This document shows, piece after piece, positions 1 through 11,483 of a DNA stretch of 37,569 nucleotides. Within the stretch, counting starts at the first letter, position 1. Every line of letters begins with the position of its first letter. The notes beneath the pieces are model-generated. The model did not search any database. It was not told where the DNA came from and saw only the letters and a list, made by a program, of their open reading frames with translations. The DNA is from Rhizaria sp. SCN 62-66 (taxonomy: Eukaryota): the NCBI GenBank assembly GCA_001724265.1, contig MEDY01000467.1, positions 1-37,569 on the forward strand, read 5' to 3'. A program made the translations under genes and the position numbers.

Positions 1-690
1 ACCGACGTCAGCAGCCTTGGTGTAGATACCGCCACCGACACGGCCGAAGAGGGCCATGGCGGAGCCACCGAGACCGTAGCCGGCAACGGCCTCGAAGAGA
101 CGGTGGGAGGTTTCGACGGAGGTCGACCAGGAGGAGAAGTGGGCGGCAGCGATGTTGACAAGGATGTAGAGAACGATGAGGCCAAGACCGACGAGGCCGA
201 ACGCCATGACCATGCCGGCCTTAAAGGCGGTGTTGAAGGCGACCTCGTAGCCGAAGCGGGCGTTGATGGCAGTGCGGGAGTTGGCAGAGACGGCAATGCG
301 CATGCCGATGAAGCCAGAGATAATGGAGGTGATGGCGCCAAGGATGAAGGAAAGCGTGGCAAAGGCGGCGACAGACCAGTCAGCGCCAATGCCGAGGATG
401 AAGAAGAGCGCGATGGCGAACAAGACGCCGAAGACAGCCATGTAGCGGTACTCAGCGAAGAGGAAGGCATCGGCACCAGTGGCGATGAAGCCGGAGATGG
501 CCTTGATGCGCTCGTACATGTGCGCGGACTCGTTGCTGCTGTCAGAGTTGACAAGAGCAGAGTGCTCCTCGCGGTGGGAAGCAGGGGCGGCGATAGGGAT
601 GCTGGTGATCTTGATGGCGTGGTACAGAGCCACGGCGCCGCAGATGGCGCACGACAAAAGGATCACGAGCGTGACGACGAAATCCTTCAT
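1..690 (-). CDS. hppA: Membrane H+-translocating inorganic pyrophosphatase (V-PPase), 5' part; continues beyond the left edge
   Basis: Not in the ORF track because it runs off the edge. Minus strand from ATG 690 reads MKDFVVTLVILLSCAICGAVALYH...IATGADAFLFAEYRYM...SGFIGMRIAVSANSRTA...AFKAGMVMAFGL...LFEAVAGYGLGGSAMALFGRVGGGIYTKAADVG. The end is the start of the GGGIYTKAADVGADLVGK signature. A pyrimidine tract plus CAG lies at 699-697. Confidence 0.97.
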   Translation of the reverse strand, partial: MKDFVVTLVILLSCAICGAVALYHAIKITSIPIAAPASHREEHSALVNSDSSNESAHMYERIKAISGFIATGADAFLFAEYRYMAVFGVLFAIALFFILGIGADWSVAAFATLSFILGAITSIISGFIGMRIAVSANSRTAINARFGYEVAFNTAFKAGMVMAFGLVGLGLIVLYILVNIAAAHFSSWSTSVETSHRLFEAVAGYGLGGSAMALFGRVGGGIYTKAADVG

Positions 691-1571
691 TTGTCGCTGT
701 GAAAACAAAAGAATAAGGAAGATCACATAGGGTACAAGGTAAGTTACATAATGTTGTTTGAAATAAGGCAGCTTAGATGTAGTTTCCATCGATGAGTCTG
801 GCAAAGTCCCACGGTGACGTTGGATGGCGCCAAACCACCTTCGCTGTGAGTCGAAATGGATGTCATAAAGTCAGTAGACCCCCGTTGAAAAGAAAAGAAA
901 TTGGTTACTAACTCATACGCGCACACTTGCAAATTGTTCACACACCGAGATCGCACTGCTGCAGAGCACCACAAGGTGGCGAACTCAGACCTTGTGCGGC
1001 AAAATCGATTTTTTTCCCTCGGTCAGCTGCAGTCGCCCAGCATGTGTTCCTAAAAATTCGAGGATCAGCAACTGTGCCCGCAGAGTTGTTTTCGCAACGT
1101 CTCCCAAGCCTGTCTTTGAACGACAATCGGGACATGGACATCGGGCGGTTATGTTTACGCTTGTGTTGTTTCTATTCGTGTTTTTAAAAGTTGCTTACGC
1201 GGATATGCTAGGCGTCTGTGAGGTCTCGGCGACGCGTGTTCAAGGTCTTGTGGCGAATCGGCATCGTTGCAATCGCGACGCTCTCCCTGTCACTCTATTT
1301 TCCTTTTTGGCTGTTATCCTTCTTTATGAACTTTCAGTTCATTCATTTCTATTTATTTTTAATGCCGATGTTCCTTGCACACGTGACTCTGTTTCAGGCT
1401 AGCAACTTTAGTCGTTGCGTTGTGGCATGCTGGATCAGTTCGGACTGTCTAAGGTGTTATCCTTTCATGCGTTTTCACGTTCAAATTAACCCAGAGCTCT
1501 TTAAAACCTCGACTCACATCATCATCTTACCGCGAATATTTACGTGCTCCCATATATAGTTCCACAGACCG

Positions 1572-3204
1572 ATGTCTCAGGACGCCAAGACGGCTCTGAA
1601 GCAGCGTCTCCTGGCGGCTCTTGCCGCTGGTGAGACTGTGTCTTCCTTCGACTTCGTTAACAAGGACGTGACGGCGCACCTCGATCTTGTCGGTGTCATG
1701 AAGTCCCTTCTTGCCACCCAGTGCGTGGCCGCCGACGTCATCGACCTCGTGTCCTTTGAGCTCACGGCCGAGGGCGAGGGCTTCCGCCAGTCGGGCTCGA
1801 TCGAGGCGCAGTACTTCGCCGCGATCCCCGCCGAAGGCAGCACGCGCGAGGCCATGGCTGCGCAGCTGGGCCCCGCCATCGCCGGGCTTGGCATCGGCAT
1901 CTGCATGCGCAACAAGTGGATCTCGCAGTCCAAGGAGGGCGTCATCACGAAGCTGGTGCCCGAGATCGTGGACCAGACCAAGCTGGACCTGGAGGCAGTG
2001 TACAACAAGACGGCCGATAGCAAGCTCATCGACGCACTCAAGAAGCGCAAGCTCGTCGTGCAGTCCGCCTTCAAGGTCTACACCATCACCAAGGGCCCGC
2101 AGTTCACCACCGAGGACCGCGAGCTGCTCCGCGACCTCGACACCGAGGCCCTGCGCAACGGCAAGTGGTCCTCGGTGCCCTTCAAGGACTACAACTTCGA
2201 GGCCGAGGGCGAGGCGGCCCCCATGGGCGCCGTCCACCCGCTCGGCAAGGTCCGCGCCGAGATGCGCAAGATCCTCACCGGCATGGGTTTCCAGGAGATG
2301 CCCACCAACACCTTCGTCGAGTCGTCGTTCTGGAACTTCGACTCACTCTTCCAGCCCCAGCAGCACCCCGCGCGCGACGCGCACGACACCTTCTTCCTCG
2401 ACGTGCCCGCCACCGCCGACCAGGTACGACGTTTGACAACTGTTTATTGCTCAATGCTGTTATTGCGTTTATTGTTGATCACAAATATCCTCAAACACAA
2501 CAATCTGTGCCCACATTTTGTTGCTCTATTCCCATTTTGTTTCTTTTCAGGCGACTGTCGCTGACCCTGCTTACTTCGAGCGCGTCAAGACGATGCACGA
2601 GGAGGGCGGCACGGGTTCTATCGGCTACCGCTACGACTGGAAGGCGCAGGAGGCGCTCAAGAACATTCTCCGCACTCACACCACTGCGTCGTCGTCTAAG
2701 ATGCTCTTTAAGGTCGCCGAGGAGTACAAGCGCACGGGCGTCTTCACCCCCGCGCGCTTCTTCTCCATCGACCGCGTCTTCCGCAACGAGTCGCTGGACG
2801 CGACGCACCTGGCCGAGTTCCAGCAGGTCGAGGGCTTCATCGTCGACCGCGGCCTCACTCTCGGCCACCTCATCGGCACCTTCAAGGAGTTCTTCACTAA
2901 GATCGGCATCAAGGACTTCTCGTTCAAGCCCGCGTACAACCCATATACGGAGCCCTCGATGGAGATCTTTGGCTACATGCCCGCGTTGGGCCGGCTCGTC
3001 GAGATCGGCAACTCTGGCATGTTCCGCCCCGAGATGCTCGCGCCCATGGGCTTCCCCGAGGACGTGCGCGTCATCGCCTGGGGCCTCTCGCTCGAGCGCC
3101 CCACCATGATCAAGTTCGGCTTCGACAACATCCGCGACATGGTCGGGCCCAAGATGCAGCTCAAGGTCATCCAGCGCTCCCCCATCGTCCGCTACGACGT
3201 CTAA
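1572..3204 (+). CDS. FARSA: Cytosolic phenylalanyl-tRNA synthetase alpha subunit (2 exons, 501 aa)
   Basis: Exons 1572-2423 and 2551-3204; phase-0 intron 2424-2550 (GTACGA...TTTCAG). Motifs [90 protein letters not shown] and [12 protein letters not shown]. Confidence 0.98.
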
Positions 3205-3804
3205 GCGAGCGCTATCAAGTCATGTGTACCTTAAAGTTACATTTGGAGTGGGGGTCTGAGTGAGGATGAGTGATTGAGTGTGAGTGTCTGTGTGAGCGGG
3301 TGAGTGGTACGGAATAATAATTAGAGGAGAGGCTGGCGGTCTGTAGTATGGACGAATCTGAACGCTCAAGAAACAATAGTAATAAGTACAGTAGTCGTTG
3401 TAGAACATATGACGAAGGCAGACTGAGTTACAACTGAATTGATGTTGTTTCCTCGTTTGTTTTCTTCAACATATATTTTGTTATTTTATCTTTTTATTTT
3501 ATAGTATTCAATACAAAACTAAACATTTCAAACTCCCATCAAGCCCATCAAGTGTTTCATTTGTTCTTGACTATGACGCGTTAATGATGCGTGCTTTGAT
3601 TGACTGTGAATCGTGAGATACCGTGAAAGTAGATGTAGATCTAAATATGCAGTTGTGTATTCAATTAATATCAAACAAAAAAACCCATTCCGTTCTCGCT
3701 CACATTCGTACATGCGTAAGCTCGCGAAGCCAGACTAGTTCGCATCACACATCACTTATTACCTCAGTACTAGTGCCAGTATCTTTGCTCTAATGTACAT
3801 CCAT

Positions 3805-5056
3805 TTACTGGGCAGCAGCGGCAGCCTCCGCCTCCTTGGCCTTAGCGGCCTTGGCCTCGTTGAGCGCGCGCACAACCATGGCGATGGCGCCGGCCTGGGT
3901 CTTGTGTCCGCCGGTGAAGCCGGAGTGGTGGACGAAGGTCGCGCCGGGCTCAACGCCCGTGAGCTCGTCCAGCTGCGAGTCGCGCATGCCGAACCAGGCC
4001 GAGGGCACGCGGAGACGCTGCTCGAACGACGAGGGGGTCAGCGGCACAGACTGCAGAAGAGAGACAGCGCAAATACGAAACAGTTTGAAACACAAAGCAC
4101 AAATGAAGTGAGATTTATATGAGCTGATTCAACAAGATATTTGAAGCACGACATTGATCAACAATGTAGAGCTTAATTAGCACACGTTACACCAATAAAG
4201 TCTTACAATGAATGATATATGCGTCATTTAGCAAGTCTGTTTGTAATCGTACCTGGTAGCGCCAGGAACCGTCCTCGGAGGGGTAGATGACGAAAGAGCA
4301 GTTCTTGAGCGACTTGGCCGCCTCAGTGCCCTCAGCCTCGGCCTCCTCCATCTCGAAGAAGACGCTCTTCCAGGGCGCGAACTGCTCGAGCACGAAGTAC
4401 TCGCCGGTGGCGCCGTTGTCGAAGCGGCGCGCGAGCGCGGCAGCGACGATGGAGCGCGCGGGAAGCCAGGAGAAGGCGCAGCCCTTGACGTGGTCCTCGA
4501 ACTCGGCGCCCGTCATCGCAATGGCGCGCTCAAAGCGGGCAAAGAGCTCGTCGTCGGTCAGCTTCTCGTTCCACCGCGGGTTGAGGCGCGAGACGCGCGC
4601 GCCCAGGTCCGTGGAGCTGCGGTAGCGGGGGATCGCAGTGGCGGGGTACTGGTTCACGCCGTTGTCGATGGCGTCAAGCGCCTCGACGAACGACTCGTAA
4701 ATGTGCTCGTATACAGCGTCGAGGTCGACGCCGGACATTGAGGTGAGGTTGGCGATGACCTCCTTGCCGAAGTGCTTGTACACGAGGCCCGCGGAGGAGA
4801 GGCGGATGTCGTGCTTGGGGGAGAAAGTCTCGGTGAAGGAACGCTGGTGGTGGTCGAAGCGGTAGCGCTCGGGGTCGTACTCGCTGCCGACGTCAACAAG
4901 GCAGTCGAGCGTCTCCAGCAGGGCAGGGTCGCGGGAGCGGATGATTTTGGCGCCCTTAAAGCGGTCCAGCGTCTGGAGCATGAAGCAGGCCAGAGCCTCG
5001 TCACAGTGGAACGTGCCACTGTGCGTGCCAATGGTCTTGAAGATGCGGGCAGACAT
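3805..5056 (-). CDS. MYG1: MYG1 family exonuclease / metal-dependent hydrolase (2 exons, 349 aa)
   Basis: Exons 5056-4253 and 4050-3805; phase-0 intron 4252-4051 (GTACGA...CTGCAG). Motifs IGTHSGTFHCDEALAC, DVGSEYDPERYRFDHHQRSF, LSSAGLVYKHFG, DAIDNGV, SWLPAR and FVHHSGFTGG. Confidence 0.96.
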
Positions 5057-5331
5057 GCTGAGGTAGTACAAAGCCACGAGGGCAATAGAGGCAAATGGGG
5101 AAGAGTGGCGGCGGTGAGCGAGGCAAGCACAGGTAGGGAGATGCGCAGAACTTGTTTGTGGTGCGCGTAATGCGAGAGCTTTGTGGTCGAAAGTGTCTAA
5201 GAGCGTTAGAGTCGATCATGACATATTGAGAAAGTGGCATTTAGTGGAAATATGTAAAAACAACTTAAATTATTATATCACTTTTTGGATTCTCACTCTG
5301 ACGTTTGGAACACTGATTTTTCTTGACAGGG

Positions 5332-8300
5332 ATGTCTGCACTGCGCCGGCTGATGCCCCAGTCTTTCGAGGACGAAGGCAGTCTCCCCGCGACCTCAAGC
5401 CTCACACCTGCGACTGCGCCTGCCACTGGCGACGTCTTCGCGTTTCTTGATGACGACTCTGCCGACACCGCGGCCTCTGACGCCGCCGCGCTCTCGCTCG
5501 CAGCCGCCGTGGACTCGTTCTCAGCCGCCGAGTTTGCCTCGACCTTTCACTCGGCCAAGGAGCTCACCCTCAAGCTGCTCCGTGAGCTTACTTCCGCACA
5601 GTCCGCCGCCGCGGCGCGCTCTGCTACTGCTGCAGACGACGCTGCAGCCGCTGCCGCGAGCTCAGGCCCCGCGCGCCCGCCCGTTCGCCGCGCACGCACT
5701 CAGGCTCAGCAGTCTGGCGCTCGTGACAACGACGATGACTCCGTCTCCGACTCTGACCTCCGCCCGACCTCGTCCTCGTCATCTTCCAGCAGTGCCCGCG
5801 TGGGATCCGGTTTCACCACCGGCGAGCTGGACGCGCGCGCCGACGTGCTGCGCTGCACGCAGAGCAACTTCGACCAGCAGGCCGAGCGGCGCCGGCGCTT
5901 CGGACACAACCCCGCTGCCGGCGGCGACGCGTCGCAGAACCCGCGCATGGCGCGCCGCAACGCTAACGCGCGCGACAACCGGCACATGTCGCGCGTGTCG
6001 ACGCGCCGCGGCATGACCGACCGCTCGTCGGCGCTCGAGGAACGCATCAACCGGCTGCGCGCGCGGTCTGGCTACCGCCGCGTGGTGCCGCGCAACCCGA
6101 CGTGGACGCTGCCGGGCCGCGCGCTCTTCTCGCTCGTGCGCGTGCCCATCGACGTGCTGGCGCGCGCTGTGCACATCCACCCGCGTGAGCGCGCCGAGTG
6201 CGCGTTTTTCCGTTTCGTGGTGTCTGACGAGTACATCGTCAAGCACCAGGAGTACTTAGACGCGGTGCAGACGTTCGACCCCAACGAGCTGGTGCACTTC
6301 ACGCGCGCGCACCCGGACCACCCCGAGGGGCTGCTGCAGCTCTCGCACCTGTCTGAGAGCATGGGCGAGTTTGCGCCCGCGGGCGAGCTCACGCAGCGCG
6401 CGCTCGCCGTGCTCGAGTCATGCTTCCCGGCAGACTTCTCGCTCACGTCGGGCAACTGCCGCATCCTGCTGCTGCCCAACCCGCATCTGGGGCTGGACCC
6501 CGAGACCGCGGCCGCGCACCACACGGACCCGATGTGGGAGTACTCGGCTTCGCTTGGCCTCACGCTCTTCAGGGCCCTCGCGCGCCACGCCCAGGTACGA
6601 CAAACTCTCTTATCTTCACGCTTGTTGTCTAGTATACCTTGGAAATTTTGAATGAAGCCTTATTTTTAGCGTTAAAGTATATTTTTAAACTGCATAATTT
6701 ATTTGTGGGACCCAAAATGCATGTTCTAATGAGTTGTATTTTCTGTTAATGTTGTTTCTCTTTTCGCCCATTCCAGGTTCTCGCCAAGGCCGCTGCCCCG
6801 CGCACGGCTCTGGAGTTCGCCAAGGCGGCCCTGTCTCTGTCCCCGATGCCGGCCCCCGAGTTCGCGCATGAGGCCGCCAAGGGCTCCTCGTTCGACCCCG
6901 TGTGCAGCCTGCAGACGCTAGACTACTACGCGCTGCGCTCGGCGCAATGGGGTTGGCTCGCGCGGTTTGCCCGCAACATCAACCCCGTGATCGGCGCAAA
7001 GGGCAACGGCAGCGAGTTCGTCTTCGGCCCCGCGCCCCCCGCGCCCGGCACGGCCGCCCCCGGCGCCGGCCACGGCGGCATCGCGACACTTGACTCTGTC
7101 GGCCGCGCCGACTCCGCGAACGGCGCGGCAAGCGGGACTGTGAGCGGGCTCGGCCCCGACGGCAAGCCGACGCAGACGAGCTTTGGCTGGGTGCGCCCCG
7201 CGTTTGCGCCCAACTGGTGCTTCTCACTCGCACTGGCGCAGCGCCGCCGCGAGCTCGCCGTGGTTGCCGCCGAGGAGGCCGCGGCCGGCGCGGCGGCGGC
7301 GCTGGCCGCGGCCAACGGCCCCGAGGGTGCTGACGGGAAGGGCGCTGCCGGGAAGAAGAGCAGCACTATCGGCGACGACGACGACAATGACGAGGACGTT
7401 AACGCCGGCAACAACGGTGACGACGATGAAGAGGAGGAGCAGCCTGTATTCCCCTTCTTGCCTAAGGCCCGTTCTGCTGTTAGGACTACGAGCAACAACA
7501 GCAACAGCGGCAACAGCGCGAATGCCACCGCGTGCGCGAAGAAGAAGTCTGCGAGCGCGGCCGCGGCCGAGGTCGACGTGAACCTCACCGAGGACGGCTC
7601 TTCCCAGGCCGACACCGCCGCCGTGATGCGGCTTAACTTGTCCGGCTGGAGGGCCGAAAACGCCTCGTGCCCCGTCGACACGCGGCTGTGGCCGCCGCAC
7701 ACGCAACCGCAGCGCGCGGACCCGTCGTCGGCGTATTACCTGCAGCGCGCGCTGTGTCTGTACCCCGAGGTGCTGTCCGAGATGCTGCCGCTGCTGGGCG
7801 CGGCGCTGCCGTCGCGCAAGGTCTGGGCCGAGGTGCTCGAAGTGACGGCGACGTGGTACACCAAGTCTGACGCCATCGCGCGCCTCAGTTCTGTGTACGC
7901 GGCGCGCTGCGCGGGGTTGTGGAAGGGCGACGTGACGGAAGACATGCTGCTGCTGGCGGCGCAGGCCGTGGTGCGCAAGTGGCGCGAGGGCAAGTGGACC
8001 GTGGCGCCCGTGCAGCGCCTGCGTGACACGCTCTTCCCGCCGCGCGCACTGCTGCCGCACGCCGTGCGCATGCTGCAGCGCGCCGACTTCACCGACGAGA
8101 CGCCCTCGCTGCCCGAGGAGCTGCGCCGCGGCGCGTTTAACCAGATGCAGGACGACGCCATCCTCGGCAACAGCGGCGGCCGCGCCGCCCGCGGGCGCCG
8201 GGCGCGGCGCGATGAGGACTGGGCCATCGACATCGGCGCCGCGGGGACGACCCCGCTGGACCCCAACAGCGGGCTGCTGTCGGGCCTGGTCCGCTCGCTG

Positions 8301-8753
8301 CTGCCATGGGTGTCAGCGCCCGACGGGAGCCTGTCTGAGCAGCGGCTGGGCGAGGTCGACGACGTCGTGCGGCAGATGCTGCGCCAGAACATGCCCGAGC
8401 AGGCCGCCGCCGCCGACGCCGACGCAGGCGCTGACGCCGCTGCTGGTGACGCCGCTGCTGGTGCTGCTGGTGTCGGCGCGGGCGCAGGTCTCAATGTGGG
8501 TCGCGGCGCGCGCGAGGTGTTTGAGGCGCTGGTGCAGGGTGTGGCCAACCCGGTTCGCGCGGCGCTGCGCGTCCTGGCCCAGCGCGCCGCGGCCGGCGGC
8601 GGCCCCGACCCGGGCGCTGGCGCTGGCGCTGGTGGGAACCGGAGTGCAAATGCCAGTGACAGTGCGTATGTGGGCGATGGCGACGACGAAGATGAGGACG
8701 AGGATGAGGATGAGCAGCAGTGGCCTGACATCAACCCCGAAGATCTCAGTTGA
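5332..8753 (+). CDS. TCF25: TCF25/Rqc1/Nulp1 ribosome quality-control protein (2 exons, about 1079 aa, with low-complexity inserts)
   Basis: Exons 5332-6594 and 6777-8753; phase-0 intron 6595-6776 (GTACGA...TTCCAG). Features are the MSALRRL N-terminus, AVQTFDPNELVHF..HPDHPEGLLQLS, and across the junction PRTALEFAKAALSL...DPVCSLQTLDYYALRSAQWGWL, followed by APNWCFSLALA and LQRALCLYPEVL. Confidence 0.88.
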
Positions 8754-9246
8754 GTGAGATGCGAGATGATTACTGTGACTTTTCGTGACATGATATTTTT
8801 TTTTTGCTCTTTTATCATTTGTTCATGGACATGTTCAATGTCGTTAAATAACCAATTTTTAAGATTGTTTGTTTTGAAATATGTGTAAATACATCAATTT
8901 TCGTGTGTATTAACGTTCATAGAGTGTCTCATTATGTTGTGCAAGCATAGGCTTACGATATTGTGTGCTCATGGAGAGAGGAAGAACGCGTCAAAATAGA
9001 TAGTAGGTTCATTGATAAAGTAACGAAGATCAGAAAGACTAGGTAACAAACGCAGACGCAGCACAAAGCAAAACTTACTTGCTTTTGACGCATCCACTGA
9101 TGGCATTCACAATAAAGTTTAATTGCAACGCACAACAAAAAGACACAACATGAAATGGGACTCTACTGAGCGTGGCTGCACCACACTACAGGAAGCTAAA
9201 CAGCAGCGCACTGCATTGCAAAAACACAAGATGGTATTCCACTCAC

Positions 9247-10881
9247 TCACATGTCCTGCGTGCGCCACTCGTACTTCCTCTGCTTAAGCTCGGCCTGCTT
9301 GGCCGCGTGCGTAACGACCTTGTGCTCCCAGCCCGTGGAGCGGTCGACGCCATCCCAGCGGTACCCGGGCAGGATCCCGAACCGGTTAAACCACGGCTCG
9401 CCCTGGTACACCGGCCGCGAGCCCAACACACTCACAGAAGCATTCGCGTCAGTACTGAGGGCGTTGACGTTGTTTGCTTCCATGTTGCTCTTGGACTTCA
9501 TACTGTTCTCGTACTTGGCCAGCTCTTTCTCCCGCATGCGCTTCTTGCGCTCCTCAATCTCGGCAGCCACGCGCTCAAACTCGGCCTGCCCGCCGCGCGC
9601 GCGCGCCTCGTGCAGCATCTCGGCGATCTTGGCCTCGCGCTTCGCGGCCTTGCTCGCCTCCTTCTCGGCCTCCTTGCGCAGCCGCTTCTCCTCCTTGCGC
9701 GCGGCTTCGGCGCGCTTCATCGCCGCAAACGGGTCGCCCGCGCGCGCGGCCTCGCTCGCACTCATGCCGCCGCTGCTGTACGAGCTCCTGGCGCCGGCGC
9801 CGGCGCCGACCGCGGCGAGCAGAGCCTCGGCCGCGGCCCCGGCGGCCGCGCGCTGTGCGAGTCCGCCGCCGTGGGCCAACGCGCGGTGGTCGGGCCGCCC
9901 GTCGTCAAACCGCGGCCTGCGCTTGTCCCCGTCCCTGCCCCCGTCGCCGCCGCGGCCGCCGTCCTTGTCGCGGCCCGCGCGGCCCGAGGCGGCGGCGGCC
10001 GACGCGGCCAGCGCGGCCACTTCCTCTGCGTTGAGGGCACGGCCCGTCGAGTCGCGCAACACCGTGGCCGCGCGGGCGGAGCCGTCGGCTGCGCCGCTCG
10101 CGGGGCCGGCACTCGCGGGCGCGCTCTCGGTCGCGGTCGCGGTTGCAGTGGTCGCAGTGGTCGCAGAAGAAGTGTCAGCCATACCGTTTCTATCGCTGTT
10201 GTTGATGGTATGTGCGCTTGTGTTGGGCTCTGTCTTGACAATCATGTCCGGAATAGCGCTCAAAATAGCTTCTGTTTTCACGGTCACGGTGTCACTCATC
10301 GGCGGCCGTTGCTGCTGTTGCTGTTGCTGTTTCGAGGGTGACGGTGACGGTGAACGTGAGTCGTGGCGGCGGCGGCGCACCGGCGACCGCGACCGCGACT
10401 GTGAGTCGCGGCGACGACGACGGGGCGGCGACAGCGAGCGCCGCGGGGACCGTGACCGCGCGCTCTGCGGGGACTGTGAGTCGTGCCGGCGACGGCGCGG
10501 CGGAGACAGGTCGGCGTCGCTTCTTCCAGCGGCAGTTGTTGCAGTCGCAGCGGTGGAGATCGGGCTGGGAGTGCGCGAGACAACGCGGCGACGGCGCGGG
10601 GGAGAGAGATCCGCGTTGGCAGCAGCAGCTGCGGGAGCGGGAACCCTGACATTGTCTTCCTCGTCGCTGTCGCTACGCGTGCGAGTGCGGGCGCGGGGCG
10701 AAAGAGAGGGTGAGAGTGAGCGCTGGCGGCGGCGACGCACGGGGGAGAGATCGCGTGGAGAACGCACAGGACTGCGCGAGCGGGAGCGCGAAAAGGCGTG
10801 CCGCGCGCGACTGCGGGGCTGGTCGATGGCGTCTCCATTGGAGGCCTGTGAAGGCGAGGTTGGTGACAAACCTCGCTTCAT
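9247..10881 (-). CDS. BUD13: Pre-mRNA retention and splicing (RES) complex subunit BUD13/CWC26 (single exon, 544 aa)
   Basis: The N-terminus has RS-rich DLSPPRRRR repeats. The C-terminus has the BUD13 signature RPVYQGEPWFNRFGILPGYRWDGVDRSTGWE...YEWRTQDM*, plus GDPFAAM. Confidence 0.95.
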   Translation of the reverse strand: MKRGLSPTSPSQASNGDAIDQPRSRARHAFSRSRSRSPVRSPRDLSPVRRRRQRSLSPSLSPRARTRTRSDSDEEDNVRVPAPAAAAANADLSPPRRRRVVSRTPSPISTAATATTAAGRSDADLSPPRRRRHDSQSPQSARSRSPRRSLSPPRRRRRDSQSRSRSPVRRRRHDSRSPSPSPSKQQQQQQQRPPMSDTVTVKTEAILSAIPDMIVKTEPNTSAHTINNSDRNGMADTSSATTATTATATATESAPASAGPASGAADGSARAATVLRDSTGRALNAEEVAALAASAAAASGRAGRDKDGGRGGDGGRDGDKRRPRFDDGRPDHRALAHGGGLAQRAAAGAAAEALLAAVGAGAGARSSYSSGGMSASEAARAGDPFAAMKRAEAARKEEKRLRKEAEKEASKAAKREAKIAEMLHEARARGGQAEFERVAAEIEERKKRMREKELAKYENSMKSKSNMEANNVNALSTDANASVSVLGSRPVYQGEPWFNRFGILPGYRWDGVDRSTGWEHKVVTHAAKQAELKQRKYEWRTQDM

Positions 10882-11483
10882 CTCTGCGAAGTGGAAAGAA
10901 GGCGAAAAAAAGTATGCTGGATAATGAGTTTTTGATCGTCAAACAGAAAACGACTAACAAATCCAAACATGAAAATAGTTCGGCATCGTTTCAGTATTAT
11001 GATATTCTATTAGAACGTCTATGTCTATCTCGGAAGTAAGTTTAGTTTTGTACCACCCACACTCGCCTTCCGCGTCTGCGAGCCGTTGCGAAGCATTCTG
11101 CCACAAAACATCTGTCAAACGACATCATGACTAATATATTTGAATATAGGATCAAAAACATAACCAAGGAATAGTGGCATGTGCTATAATAGCATACACT
11201 GCGTTTTATTTCATTCGGAGTGGTTAGTAGCATCCATTCAGCTCAGAAAAAACTTGTAATTCACGGCCTTACTAAACACAAACAAGGCCATATGCACTGC
11301 GTAGTTTTGCTGTTAGCATGCTTACTGTAGCATTTTTTTTTCTCTTACAGTTGCTTAATAGCATAAATGTAAATGGATTCATTTGAAAAATAACAGAGAT
11401 AGTCCTATCAACTCAAAAATATCACTGTGAGCTGCGCGTGATAAACCAGCTTTAAGTTGCCATACATCGCTCATCGCGTCGTC

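Noticed and set aside
103-702. 199-aa plus-strand ORF from the ORF track
   Set aside because: It is the antisense shadow of the H+-PPase, whose signature motif is on the minus strand.
1572-10881. FARSA-MYG1-TCF25-BUD13 as a functional RNA/translation gene cluster
   Set aside because: These are broad housekeeping functions on alternating strands. Adjacency is plausibly coincidental without synteny data.
9172-10924. Long plus-strand ORFs (389 and 557 aa) overlapping BUD13
   Set aside because: These are antisense frames that stay open because of GC-rich codon usage. They have no motifs and no acceptor/ATG context. The same applies to the many shadow ORFs over the TCF25, VPS9, coiled-coil and basic-protein genes.
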